Shown here in pieces: positions 9,580 to 20,765 of a stretch of DNA of 28,358 bases. Both the position numbers and the translations under genes were made by a program. Position 1 is the stretch's first letter; each line of letters begins with the position of its first letter. The notes beneath the pieces were generated by a model. It ran no database searches. It saw only the letters and a list, made by a program, of their open reading frames with translations, and was not told the DNA's origin. This DNA comes from Octopus sinensis (taxonomy: Eukaryota), in assembly GCF_006345805.1 (NCBI RefSeq), contig NW_021836429.1, forward strand, positions 1 to 28,358, written 5' to 3'.

Positions 9580-12500
9580 TTAAACTGGGTTTCTGACACC
9601 TACCTTTTTCGCCACTTCCTTCCATCTTTTTTCATACACACCTTGTGGTAAAGTCTTCTTTTCCAGCCCCATTTTGCTCTTCAGATGATATTTGAAGTAA
9701 GTGAGCAAGCCGGGGCCTGAAACAAAGGATCCTATTGCGACTCCTTCCATTCTTGTACGCCACATGCATTCTTTTACTACTGCAACCGTGCAGTGAAAAC
9801 ATGCCTCACCTTCCTTCGAGAGTCCAGTTGGCGGTATCATCTTAATCATAGACTCAGCCGACAGCTGTACTCGTCCCAGATGCGATAACACGTGTTCTGC
9901 GTAACATATCAAGTCTGACAACTGCCGACAGTGTACAAAAGCGTGCTGGACGGTTTCATCGTCCAACCCGCATCTTGGACATGTCGGTGGCACTGAAATT
10001 CCGTGCCGCGATAACTTCTCGCGAACAGGTAAAGCATTCCTATAACACTGCCAGGCCAGGGATCTTTGGAGATTATCCAAATACCCCGTCCTGAAAGTCT
10101 TTTTAAACAGGTTGGTAAGCTGGTCCTCGTCGTACCCCAGAGCCCCTCCTAGGACGTTGTCGTTCTTTGCCTCTACCAGCCTGCTATAAAATACCGAGGT
10201 GGTATTTCCGCAGCCGGCCTTGCCCGCCTTGTGGATCAGCGTGAGTGCCTGTCGGCACTCCTTTTGCCATAAAGTCAGATTCCGTCTTTTGATGTAACCG
10301 AGTTTAAAATTCACTTAGGAAGCCGGTCTCGGGAAAAATTCCCCTGCCAGCGGACTCCACACCTTATCACCCTCCAGGTGGTGCCAGAGATGCTTCAGTT
10401 TCAACGCATGTCTGCGCATCATCAACCAAGGCATTCCTAACTCACCCTTTAACGGTTCCTGGCAGCAAACGGAGCGCCTCACAAGTGGCTTTCCTCCCTT
10501 CCACAAAAAGCGAAAAAGGATTCGCTCCAACTTGCTAAGCCATGAATCGGGGCAAGGGACAACGGTCAGGGGGTAAGTGATTACAGATGCAATAAACATC
10601 TGTACCACCTCCGCCCTTCCTTTCAAGGACAGAAACCTTCCGGACCAGGTCCGTACTATGGCCTCCACCTTGCCCGTCACCTCACTCCAATTCCTCTCCG
10701 TTTGGGAGTCTGGCCCAAACCAAACTCCTAGCAACTTAACAGGACCATCTGTCCAGTGTCCCACGGCACTGGACGATATCGACTTGCTCCTCCAGGTGCC
10801 GAGGCGTAAGCCAATAGACTTGTCCTTGTTAACTTTTGCTCCTGCCACCGCCTCGTATCCTCTGATAGCATCTTCTACACAAGTAGCTGAGCCTCATTGG
10901 ACACGATGAGGGTGACGTCATCCGCATAAGCAGAAACCGTTCTCCCGCCTCCGATCTCATCCGGGTTACTTCCCAGCCTCTCCAACTTTCGCAGCTATGA
11001 CTCGAGAGCCAACACGTACAAAAGTGGTGACAAGGGGCACCCTTGACGAACTGAACATTCGATCTAAAACGGTTCCGTTAGGTAACCGTTTATCTGGACG
11101 GTGGACTTGATGCCGCTATACATAGCGGAGATCCACCCGCGAAATTCAGGGCCCAGTCCAGCCGCTTCGAGGACCGTCGCCAGGTACTTATGGTCTACCC
11201 TATCGAACGCTTTACTTTGGTCTAAATGAACCATTACCCCGCCCTTGCCGTTTAATTTACCCACCCTATCTAAGGTGTAGCGTATAAGTTGAAGATTGTT
11301 CTGGATCGACCTGCCTGGAATTGCACATGTCTGTGCTTTCCCTACAAGTTTCTCCGCGACAGTCGTCAACCTTTTTGCCAACACCTTGGCCAAAATCTTT
11401 AACTCTACATTAAGTAGAGTTATGGGCCTGTAATTACTAATGTTATCCCCCTTGCTCGGGATTTCTGGATTAGCGTCACCACTTCCCGGCTTACAGAACT
11501 GGGAATTCTCCCGTTCTGCTGCCAGTTCGCGTAGACGCCTGCCAGTATTCCCCCGAACAAGTCCGGCATACTCTGATAAAACTCGTAGAGCAGACTATCC
11601 AACCCCGGCGACTTCTCCCCGGCGCATCCGGCCAGTACCCCCTCTATCTCCGCGGGAGTGATCGCTCCTTCACACCCCGAGAGCCGCGGTCCGCAGGCTA
11701 GGAAGTCCTTTAAGGCCCTCCCCCGCTCCAGCGAACCACCACCCGCCGAACGCGCGGGCGAAATGCTGGTGAAGAAACTTTTGCATCTCCTCCTGTCCAT
11801 AGATCTTGTGTCCCTGTTCGTCAGTTAAAGACTTGATTGAAGCTTTGTTGCCTCTCTGACTCTCCACCCGACGGGCCCATCCGGCAACGTTAATACCTTC
11901 TCGTTTCCCTGCGCGTAGCTTAGCTCTAACTCTGCAACCTTCGTGTTTGGAGTTAAGGTGATGGTACAATACCGTCCCTGCCGCCATCAATCCGGATGCA
12001 GAGCCAGATTCCATTGCCTCGTTTAGATTCTTAACTAAATCGTCCTCTATCTTAGACCTATCTAACCTTAGCTGATTGCTAAATCTAATGGACTCTGAAC
12101 GAATGGCTCTTTTGAGGGAGTGCCACCATCTATTGTTAATGATGGTGCCACATAATGCCCTCTGTACTAACACCTTAATCCGGTTACGGAAGTCTTCACA
12201 ATTCAAAATAGACTTGTTCAGCTTCCAGTACCCGGGTCCCTGTCTATGACACTTATCTAATTGCACCCTACAAGTCACAAATTTGTGATCCGTGTAAGGC
12301 ACAATGTGAAACTGTGGACAACTAAACGTATCCTTATCTCTTTTCCTAACGAATATCCTATCTATATACGATCTGCGTGAGCCGTCGTTGTTACGCCACG
12401 TCCACTGTGGAACGCTCGGCTCATCCAGTCGATAACGGTCTACTAGATTAAAGCTCTCTAGTAGACCCATGAGGCTAGGGTTCCCCTTCCTATTGGTTGA

Positions 12501-12953
12501 GCCAACACTGTCGACCCGCGCTTCGAGGACAGTGTTAAAGTCCCCTACTAAGACTACCGTTTTCGACGTCACTAAAAAGTGCTCCAGATTCCGAAAAAAA
12601 CCCGACTGCCTACACTCATTCGGAGCGTAGACAGCTACCAACCTGAAGGACTGTTTACTTACGTGGGTCACATCCAGAACGACCAGCCTGCCTTCTGGGT
12701 CCAGAAAGACAGTACTTACCTGCAAGTCCAAGCTCTTCCTGATAAGGACTGCCACGCCCCTTCCTCCTCCTTGGCTAGGAGAAATAAATTTCTCGAAACC
12801 ATTTGGAAGAGGCGAGAACGCTTGGGCTCCGTTCATCTTGGACTCGGTTACAATAGCTACGTCCACTCCGTGTGTCGTGAGGTCGTTCAGGAGACAAATT
12901 TGTTTCCATTTCGACCCCATTCCACGCACATTCACAAAACCCAGCTTTGCTAT
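9580..12953 (-). pseudogene. LINE ORF2: AP endonuclease, reverse transcriptase and C-terminal zinc-finger (zf-RVT-like) domains; disrupted
   Basis: Endonuclease motifs NVRG, IVTES, YAPN, GDFN, YIDRIF, TDH (11670-12935 ORF). RT motifs KSPGLD, NYRPITLLN, KAFDRVDH, SVRQGCPLSPLLY, AYADDVTL (YADD at 10917-10928), GAKVNKDKS, KLLGVWF. C-terminal CPRCGLDDETVQHAFVHC. Frameshifts at ~11755, ~11455 and ~10880; in-frame stops at 11064-66, 10995-97 and 10315-17. The probable start codon has decayed to ATA at 12951-53. Confidence 0.93.
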
Positions 12954-12980
12954 TGTCGGAGAGAGAGAGAAAAAAAAAAC

Positions 12981-13907
12981 TTACGGTTGAGACAGGGAGC
13001 ATGACAGTTTAAATCTGCATGCTTCCCCTTCTTCCTCCCTTGTGCTCGTAGCTGCAGGGCTCTTAACCGGCGTTGCCATCGGGCTCTGGGTAGGTGTGGT
13101 TGCCGGGGTTATAGTAAGTTAGCCCTCCAGTATTTCGTTAGTTACGTCTCTGATAAGGTTATTTTTTAAATGTTCTTGGAGTGTTTTTCCTTCCACTCGT
13201 CTTCCTTTATTTTTGCAAAACGAGTGGTTGATTTAGTGTCTGCAGACTTACTGAATAATTTCAGTTTTGAAAATTTTAAATTTTAAATACTTGAACACTC
13301 TATCTAGCGCTTGTCCCTTCCAGTTTACCTCCTCTTTCCTTTTCATCTGCAGAATTGAGACTTTCTGCTCTACGTCGTGCAGAACCGCCGCTGCTACCCA
13401 CATTATATCATATCTTCTTGGAATGTCTTCCACATATAGTTTCGCAGTTCTTTTGCCCATATAGGTAGGTAGTAACATGATATCCTCACTTTTTAAGGTC
13501 ATCGATGAAATCTCTCTTGCCACATCAGCCGAGTCGAAATGTGCTTCAACGGTAGCGCTGCGGGCACCTCGACCGACGTAGCGAATTTTGCTCCACATCG
13601 GGGACAAGCACTTCTCTACTATTTCGTTCTTCACGTCCATTATTTTTTTCTCTTTGTTACTGTATACCTTGTACACGACTGTCTTGGCCTTTATTTCCTG
13701 TAATATCGCTTGCGGCGGTACCAGTTTTATTTCGTTGCCTTCCTTTTTGACCAAGTTCCGGTATTCGAACAACTGTTCTATTTTGAATTCCACTTCCGTT
13801 ACGGTTCCACCCACTGCGGCCGAAAAAGACTGTTTTCTAACCTCGATATCCTTCTGTTCGCCTTTTCCCATCACGGGAAAGTCGCTCGACGCCAAGTCGA
13901 ACTCCAT
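12981..13907 (-). pseudogene. LINE ORF1 (nucleic-acid-binding, gag-like), about 309 codons with three in-frame stops
   Basis: The 219-aa ORF at 13248-13907 continues in the same frame past stops at 13248-50, 13233-35 and 13119-21 into a P/T/S-rich tail (TPATTPTQSPMATPVKSPAATSTREEEG) that ends at TAA 12981-83, 27 nt before ORF2. Confidence 0.72.
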
Positions 13908-14147
13908 TTCTCAAATTATGAGAACCAATTTTTCAAAAAAAAAAAAAAAATTACCCCGAAGGTAATAACAATGTTTATACACAGAATTTTCAGCCTCGTA
14001 TGGCGAAAATTACTGTCACACAACGGACAACTGTTCAATTCACGAGTAAACACAAACAACGACGAACAAAAAACGAACTCACTCAACAAAATAGGCAGCT
14101 AACTTCTCAATACGCAGATGAAAGAGGGGTCCCTAGACGAGTCAAAA

Positions 14148-14447
14148 CACCGGTTTTTGATGAAAAGGTGTTCCAATGCAAATACTTTTATCGTTTTTCC
14201 AGTAAATTTTCGTCACTGATCTCGAAAAACTGTCTGCAAGCAATAATAAATCTCTGAACGAGATGTAAACAGTAACTGCACGAGAATGTGAGGTATACTT
14301 GCCATCTCAATATGGCTAACCACTAAGGGTGGGTGTTACTGTAGCTTGTAGCCCCAGGAGAACATCGTCTCCAGCTGGCTTTAGGCACATTTTCTGTGCT
14401 CTTATGGTATTTGCAAAGGGAGGTTTTGCAGTCCGTGCGTATCACTT
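14148..14447 (-). mobile_element. Retrozyme/Penelope-like element, 5' part (TSD copy, 125-nt unique segment, 138-bp terminal repeat, 21-nt inverted cap)
   Basis: 14287-14424 repeats 9098-9235; 14427-14447 (tgcagtccgtgcgtatcactt) is the exact reverse complement of 9257-9277. Confidence 0.8.
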
Positions 14448-14539
14448 CCCTTCCTCCTCGTGCTCTTGCTTTGACTCCTTCTTATCTCTCTACTCGTCAT
14501 CTCTTTCTCAACTCTCCTCCTACTCTTGCTCTCTCACTT

Positions 14540-15180
14540 CATGCACGTCATCTCTCTCTCATGAACTCAATCACTCACTCACTCACTCACTCACTCTCTC
14601 ACTCTCTCACTCACTCCCTCACTCATTCACTCTCTCAAACACTCACTCTCTCACTATCTCACTCACTCACCTACTTATTCACTCACCTACTCACTCACTC
14701 ACTCACTTACCCAGTCACCCACTCACTCTCTCAGACTCTCACTCTCTCACTCACTCACTCACTTACCCACTCACCCACTCACTCTCTCACTCACTCACTC
14801 TCCCACTCACTCACTCGCTCACTCATTCACTCACTCACTCATTAACTCTCTCACTCACTCACTCTCGCACTCACTCACCCATTCACTCACTCGCTCACTC
14901 ACTCGCTCACTCACTCATACACTCTCCCACTCACTCACTCACTCACTCACTCACTCACTCTCTCACACACTCACTCACTTACTCACTCACCCACTCACTC
15001 ACTCACCCATTCTCTCACTCGCTCATTCACTCACTCACTAACTCACCCACTCACTCACTCACCTTTTCACTCTCTCACCCACTCACTCAATCACTCAATC
15101 ACTCATTCACTCTCTCACTCTCACTCACTCACTCTCTCACTCGCTCACTCACTCACTCACTCACTCACTCACATAATCAC
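14540..15180. repeat. (CACT)n microsatellite, ~640 bp, degenerate
   Basis: tcac/ctca repeats; source of the spurious 546-aa 'HSLT' ORF. Confidence 0.95.
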
Positions 15181-15289
15181 TTAATCTCTTCTCAAATTCT
15201 CACATTCCTAAATTCTTATACACTATTATTCTATCATTCTCATATTCTCTTACATTTCCTTTCCTACTTTCTCCACAAGAATTTTACAC

Positions 15290-16165
15290 GAGTTCTTTCT
15301 CTCCATCTCTCTCTCTTTCTCCTCTTTCTAGCTTTCTCTCCCTTTCTCTTTCTGACTCTATACCTTTCTCCCTTTGTCTCTCACTCAACCCCTCCGCCTC
15401 TCTCCGCCTCTCTGTCTCTCTTTCTCTCTCTCCTGTGTCTCTTTCTGTCCATCATTCTCTCTCTCTTTCTCCTCTGTCTCTCTCTCTCCGTCCCTCTATC
15501 TCTCTCTCCCTCCGTCTCACACACACACACAGATAAATCTACATCAACCTCTTTCCCACCCACCCTCTCTCCCACCCGCATTTCCTTATCATCTACCCTT
15601 TCTCCTACCTCTCTCCCACTACTCTTCCTATCTCTCTCCCTCACACTTCCACACACTCTTCTTTTCTCACTTTTTATTTACTACCCCTCTCCTTTTCCCT
15701 CCTTTCTTTCTCCCGCTCCTTTATTAACACCCTTTTCGCACCCCTATCTCTTTCCGACCTCCTCCTACACTTACAACTCACTCATTCCCCGCTTCTATCT
15801 CCAACTTCCCACCCGTCTTTTCCACCTCCCTCTAACCACACATCTCTCTTCCACCATCTATCCCACCCCATTTCTCTTCCGAACACTCTCTAACCGGCCT
15901 CCTGCCCCTAACACCTTTCTCTACCCCTGTAAATCCATCTCCCACCCGTTGTTTAACATACACTTATAGATTTACATTATATTTATATCATCTCCCCCCA
16001 CCCCAACGCCTTCCTCTATCTCTCTTACGTTCTCACTCTTTTCCTCTCACCCATACCCACCCCATTCTCTTCCTTCTCCATCTTCTTTTCAAACGAAGGC
16101 ATTTCTTTACAGAAAATCTCTTATTCAAGGTCTCTCTCTTTCTCTCTCTCTCACCCTCTCTTCTG
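15290..16165. repeat. Polypyrimidine (CT-rich) low-complexity tract
   Basis: The plus strand is dominated by C/T over ~870 bp. Confidence 0.85.
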
Positions 16166-16169
16166 TCTT

Positions 16170-16188
16170 ATTTATATATAGATATGTG

Positions 16189-16250
<62 letters not shown>

Positions 16251-16314
16251 ATATATATATATATCTATATATATACATATATATATATGTTATATGATAT
16301 ATATATTTTATATG

Positions 16315-16345
<31 letters not shown>

Positions 16346-16494
16346 GTATATATGTATATATATGTATAACAAAATATGTATATGCATGCATATATATATA
16401 TATGTATGTATATCTAATGTTATATATGTTGATATACATATGTACATATATGTACATATATGTATGTACATTTATATATTATATGTATAATATA

Positions 16495-16549
<55 letters not shown>

Positions 16550-16625
16550 AATACATTATGTGTGTGTACCTGTGTGTACGTGTGTGTGCGTGTGTGCATG
16601 TGTGCGTGAGTGTTTGTGTGTGTAT
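16170..16625. repeat. (TA)n/(TG)n compound microsatellite
   Basis: Directly visible. Confidence 0.93.
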
Positions 16626-16969
16626 TCATGTAAACGAGAGAAAGAGTATGTTGTTACTGTTACGTTGTGGAGTTGATGGCGTTTGTTTTATGTTCCGAAA
16701 GCGGCGGTTTGGTGTAGTGACGTGAAAATACTGTTGTGTGATGGGGGCGTCAGATCCGCCAGAGAAAATAAATAAAACTGCGATAATTTTTACAATGAAC
16801 AACCAATCAAAACCGTTTCCGATTTTGTTCCTCATCTTTTTATTATTACTTCCGTTTTGTATTTCATGCTTTCATTATTGATGAATGTTTGAGCTAAGAT
16901 TCTTTCGTTTTACGTACATTATTACATACATACCTTCTACGATTTCGATGCGCATATATTATAATTTAG

Positions 16970-17127
16970 ATTCACACATACACATGCGCGCACGCAACAC
17001 ACACACACGCACACACATATAATATATACATATACGTACCAATACCCATAACACACACCCTCAGACGTATATAATATATTATATATATATATATATATAG
17101 TATTATATTATATACATTTTTACATAC

Positions 17128-17159
<32 letters not shown>

Positions 17160-18245
17160 TATATTATATATATATATATATATAATATATAGGTATATAT
17201 ATATACATACATACGTCAATACATACATACACACATATATATATATATATGAATACATATATATATGTATACACACATCATACACACACACCCATATGTG
17301 TTATTGTTTTTGCAGTTTTTCTGTTTTGGCGTATTGTAGTTAATATTGCTGATGTTCTTGTTGTTGTCATCGTCTCTCCTACTGTGGTTGTTGTGGTTAT
17401 TGTCGTAGTCATTGATGATGTGGGTCTTACTGGCGTAATTGTTCTTTCTTTGTTATAGATGTTGTTGTCCTTATTAAGATTGTTGTTATTAATGCTGTTG
17501 TTGTTGTTGTTGTTATGGATGTTGCTGTTGTTCTTGCTACGGATGTTGTTCATTCTGAACACATGCAATTCTATTTATCTTCATCATTCATACACCTTTA
17601 TTCCCTTGAGTGATGGATCTCTCATTCACACAATTCACACCTCCATTCAACCACTCATTCAATCTTCAAACCCCACCCTCTCCCTGCTCCCTAATTCAAA
17701 TTCTCTCTCTTCTCTATCTCTCTCTCTCTCTCTCCCATTACTCTCTGACTCCTTCTCCCTTTTCTGACGCTCATTTTCTATTCCTCTTTGTCTTTCTATT
17801 ATGATCAGCGTTTCAAATACCGCCCAGGATCCATCCACTCATCCACCCATACATCTATGCTTACATGCATACTTATATACACATATATGCATATATAAAT
17901 ACATACATACAAATATATATATATATATATATACACACATACATATAAGTATACATACATATGATATACATATGTATACAAATATACATATATTTATTGC
18001 ACACACACACACACACACCACACACCACACACACATTATATAATATATATATATATAATATATATATATAATATATAATATAAATATATATGTAAACCTA
18101 TATATATATACAAACCTATATCTATACATATATGCATATTATATATACATATTTTTTATGTATATAGATATATATATATATATATATATGATATATTAAT
18201 TTTGATATGTAGGCATGTATATATGTGTGTGTGTGTGTGTGTGTA
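16970..18245. repeat. Mixed simple repeats: (CA)n, (TA)n, (GTT)n at ~17300-17540, (CT)n, (TA/CA)n
   Basis: Directly visible low-complexity runs with short unique spacers. Confidence 0.85.
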
Positions 18246-18246
18246 T

Positions 18247-18375
18247 GTGGAACCTTACTCGAGTAGCTTCTATTATGGCCTCAGGCCGACCAAGGCCCGA
18301 GGTCATAGTAGAAAGTACTTAAGCAAGGTTCCACGTAGTGGGACCGAACCTGAAACCACGTGGGTGGAACGCAAG
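18247..18375. mobile_element. Two converging SINE family C head fragments forming an inverted repeat
   Basis: 18247-18287 (plus) and 18294-18375 (minus) both match the tRNA-like head at 24835-24945. Confidence 0.7.
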
Positions 18376-18379
18376 GTGT

Positions 18380-18602
18380 GTGTGTGTTTGTGTCTATGTT
18401 TGTCCCACATCACCAATTGACAACCGGTGTTGTTGTGTTTTTATGTCCCCGTAACTTAGCGGTTCTGTAAAAGAGACAAATGGAATAAGTACTAAGCTTG
18501 AAATTAAGCCATAGGGTCGATTTGATCGACTGAAACCCTTCAAGGTGGTGGTCCAGCATGGCCGCAGTCAAATGACTGAACGTAGTTAAAGAATAATAGA
18601 AT
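18380..18602 (+). mobile_element. SINE family A copy
   Basis: ttgacaaccggtgtt...gtccccgtaacttagcggttc...gaataagtact...ccagcatggccgcagtcaaatgactgaa. Confidence 0.85.
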
Positions 18603-18645
18603 AGTGTTACAGAACTTGCACACACAAACACACATACACACATAT

Positions 18646-18678
<33 letters not shown>

Positions 18679-18699
18679 TATTATATATATATATATATT

Positions 18700-18772
18700 A
18701 ACTTAGATAACTTAGATAAACTTAGATATGCTTCGACCAAAGATTGGTCAAGGCCATGTCTAACTTAATAGC
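18700..18772 (-). mobile_element. 3' tip of a CR1-type LINE with (TATCTAAGT)n tail
   Basis: Matches the 3' end of the CR1 fragment at 23498-23552; about three copies of aacttagat form the tail. Confidence 0.75.
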
Positions 18773-18788
18773 CTTAATTATATATAAC

Positions 18789-18852
<64 letters not shown>

Positions 18853-18856
<4 letters not shown>

Positions 18857-19029
18857 AATTGAGATAGGTGTTGTAAATGCAACTCTCCATGGGATAACAT
18901 ATATCCAATATAATGCTAGTGAAGTACCCCAACAGTGTTAATACATAAATGTTAAGGATTGCGATGCAATCAATTCATTTACTGTATTATATGGGCAAAG
19001 GTAAAATGATTTACCACAAATTACTAATA
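18853..19029. mobile_element. Unclassified repeat 'D', copy 2
   Basis: About 93% identical to 4482-4657, with the same ends; preceded by (TA)n. Confidence 0.85.
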
Positions 19030-19270
19030 CAAGATAAGAAAATGGAGAAATACATCTAAATCAAATGTCATATACCAGATAATACTCAATCACATACTTT
19101 ATTAAACCACCACATAAGAGACTGTAGGGTTAAACATAAAAAAGCAGATCAAATCAGTGTACATAAAGGAATGTACATAAAAAAGTGTACATAAAAGAGT
19201 AATGTTGTATAATAAGTAGAATATATATAAAAGAGAATATAAATATAAGTAAATATAAATATAAGTATAG

Positions 19271-19386
19271 ATTACATCTTACAGCTGTTTCGGCCATATA
19301 GATAAGTATGTCTCATTTTACCAATATATAGATATAAATGAGACATTTACAAAAATATCATAAGGCCTCTTCGGAGATTGTGTAAT
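19271..19386 (-). ncRNA. Type I hammerhead ribozyme with extended stem II (HHR2)
   Basis: Minus strand: attac-aca-atct | ccgaaga | ggcc...atgtctcattt...aaatgagacat...ggcc | gaaac-agct-gta^ | agat-gtaat. G10.1-C11.1 is intact, stem II is 76 nt with a perfect 11-bp inner helix, and the core carries a U4C variant. Confidence 0.78.
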
Positions 19387-20488
19387 ATAAATCACTCTAC
19401 ATATATACCCATATGGGTGTGGGTACATACCCATAATACAACATATACATAAACATATGAGTGCATATACTCACACTCCTATACATATAAAAATATACAA
19501 ATACATAATGATGTAAATAAATAATATAAATTAGTAAACATATATATGTTCCACATTCAAGTTTCAGTTTTTCACTTAATATTGTGATAATAAACATACA
19601 CATATAGTACCTAGATGCAAATATACATAGTCAATAGTACATTATATTACTTCCTACTAATTTCTAAAGTGTCATTAAAGTTAGCATCATTATCGTTGTC
19701 AATACCATTAATGCTACAATTATTATCATTCATAATATTATTAATAACGCTTACATTAGGATCCGAAGTGGCACATATGTATGTCCGGGTTCCAGTCAGT
19801 AATTTTCCTTATGACATAAATACACTATTGGATTTGAATTTAAATTATCATTGTCTTCCTCACGGTTGGTCCGCTGAGAGCCGCCCGACCTCCACCACAC
19901 CGCACAAGAAAAACATACACATCTACATCTAACCCTAAACCCACACATCCACACAAAAACTCACACACACATGCACACACACATGAATACACCCCGACAC
20001 ATCCCTACACATTCACTAAATTGCTTATAGACAAATCAGTACAGGCAGCAGTATCTATGCACTAACACACACACTGACACGCACGTCCGCATATACCCAT
20101 AAATATTAATACACTCTCATATACTGTGTCAGGGAACATTCGCACACACATATATACATATTTAAATATATATCTGCGCACTCATACGTACAAATAAAAC
20201 CTATACTTATATCCACCCATGAATAAATATTCGCATATACATATATACATATCCAAATACGCACCTGCGTACTCATATGTATAAGAAAAAGATACATCCG
20301 TACATCCACCCACGTACATACCTATACGTACAAAAATATACATACGTACACACACACATTTTCACACGCCTCAACACCTCAACCCACATCCACTAAATCA
20401 TAAATTAAAATATGTCTGCCCATCCAAAGACGTATATATACATACACAAAAATTAAACAGAAGTTACTATTAATTTAGATATAAGTTC

Positions 20489-20551
20489 ATTAATTATAAA
20501 TTAAATTAATTATAAATTAAATTAATTATAAATTAAATTAATTATAAATTA
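20489..20551. repeat. 16-bp tandem repeat (attaattataaattaa) x3.9
   Basis: Exact units at 20489, 20505 and 20521, and a partial unit at 20537. Confidence 0.92.
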
Positions 20552-20765
20552 GTAAGTGCCAAATAAACAAATATATTCTACTTATTATACAACATTACTC
20601 TTTTATGTACACTTTTTTATGTACATTCCTTTATGTACACTGATTTGTTCTGCTTTTTTATGTTTAACCCTACAGTCTCTTATGTGGTGGTTTAATAAAG
20701 TATGTGATTGAGTATTATCTGGTAATTGATATTTGATTTAGATGTATTTCTCCATCTTCTTCTCT

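Larger units (their letters stand above)
9329..14147 (-). mobile_element. Tx1/L1-clade non-LTR retrotransposon, apparently full length (4819 bp), decayed
   Basis: ~240-nt 5' UTR, ORF1, 27-nt spacer, ORF2 (APE-RT-zinc finger), 3' UTR with AATAAA at 9335-9340, bounded by a 14-bp TSD. Clade assignment rests on motif style (QGCPLSP, YADD, CxxC...HxxxxC tail, KSPGLD, two-ORF layout). Confidence 0.88.

Noticed and set aside
9525-13110. 13-nt inverted match between the LINE 3' UTR (9525-9537) and the ORF1 tail (13098-13110)
   Set aside because: A rough estimate gives about 0.2 such matches expected by chance in a 4.8-kb element; not significant.
12950-13251. Possible intron (ca|gtaagt donor at ~13251, polypyrimidine-aatag acceptor at ~12950) fusing ORF1 to ORF2
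   Set aside because: The splice would put ORF2 out of frame, and ORF1 reads through this region in frame anyway.
10577-14102. Plus-strand ORFs overlapping the LINE (10577, 11440, 12579, 13267, 13588, 13710)
   Set aside because: Antisense shadows of ORF1/ORF2 with no recognisable motifs.
14329-15969. 546-aa ORF (HSLT repeats)
   Set aside because: Translation of the (CACT)n and CT-rich repeats, which lack stop codons in that frame; the N-terminus is the antisense of the retrozyme repeat.
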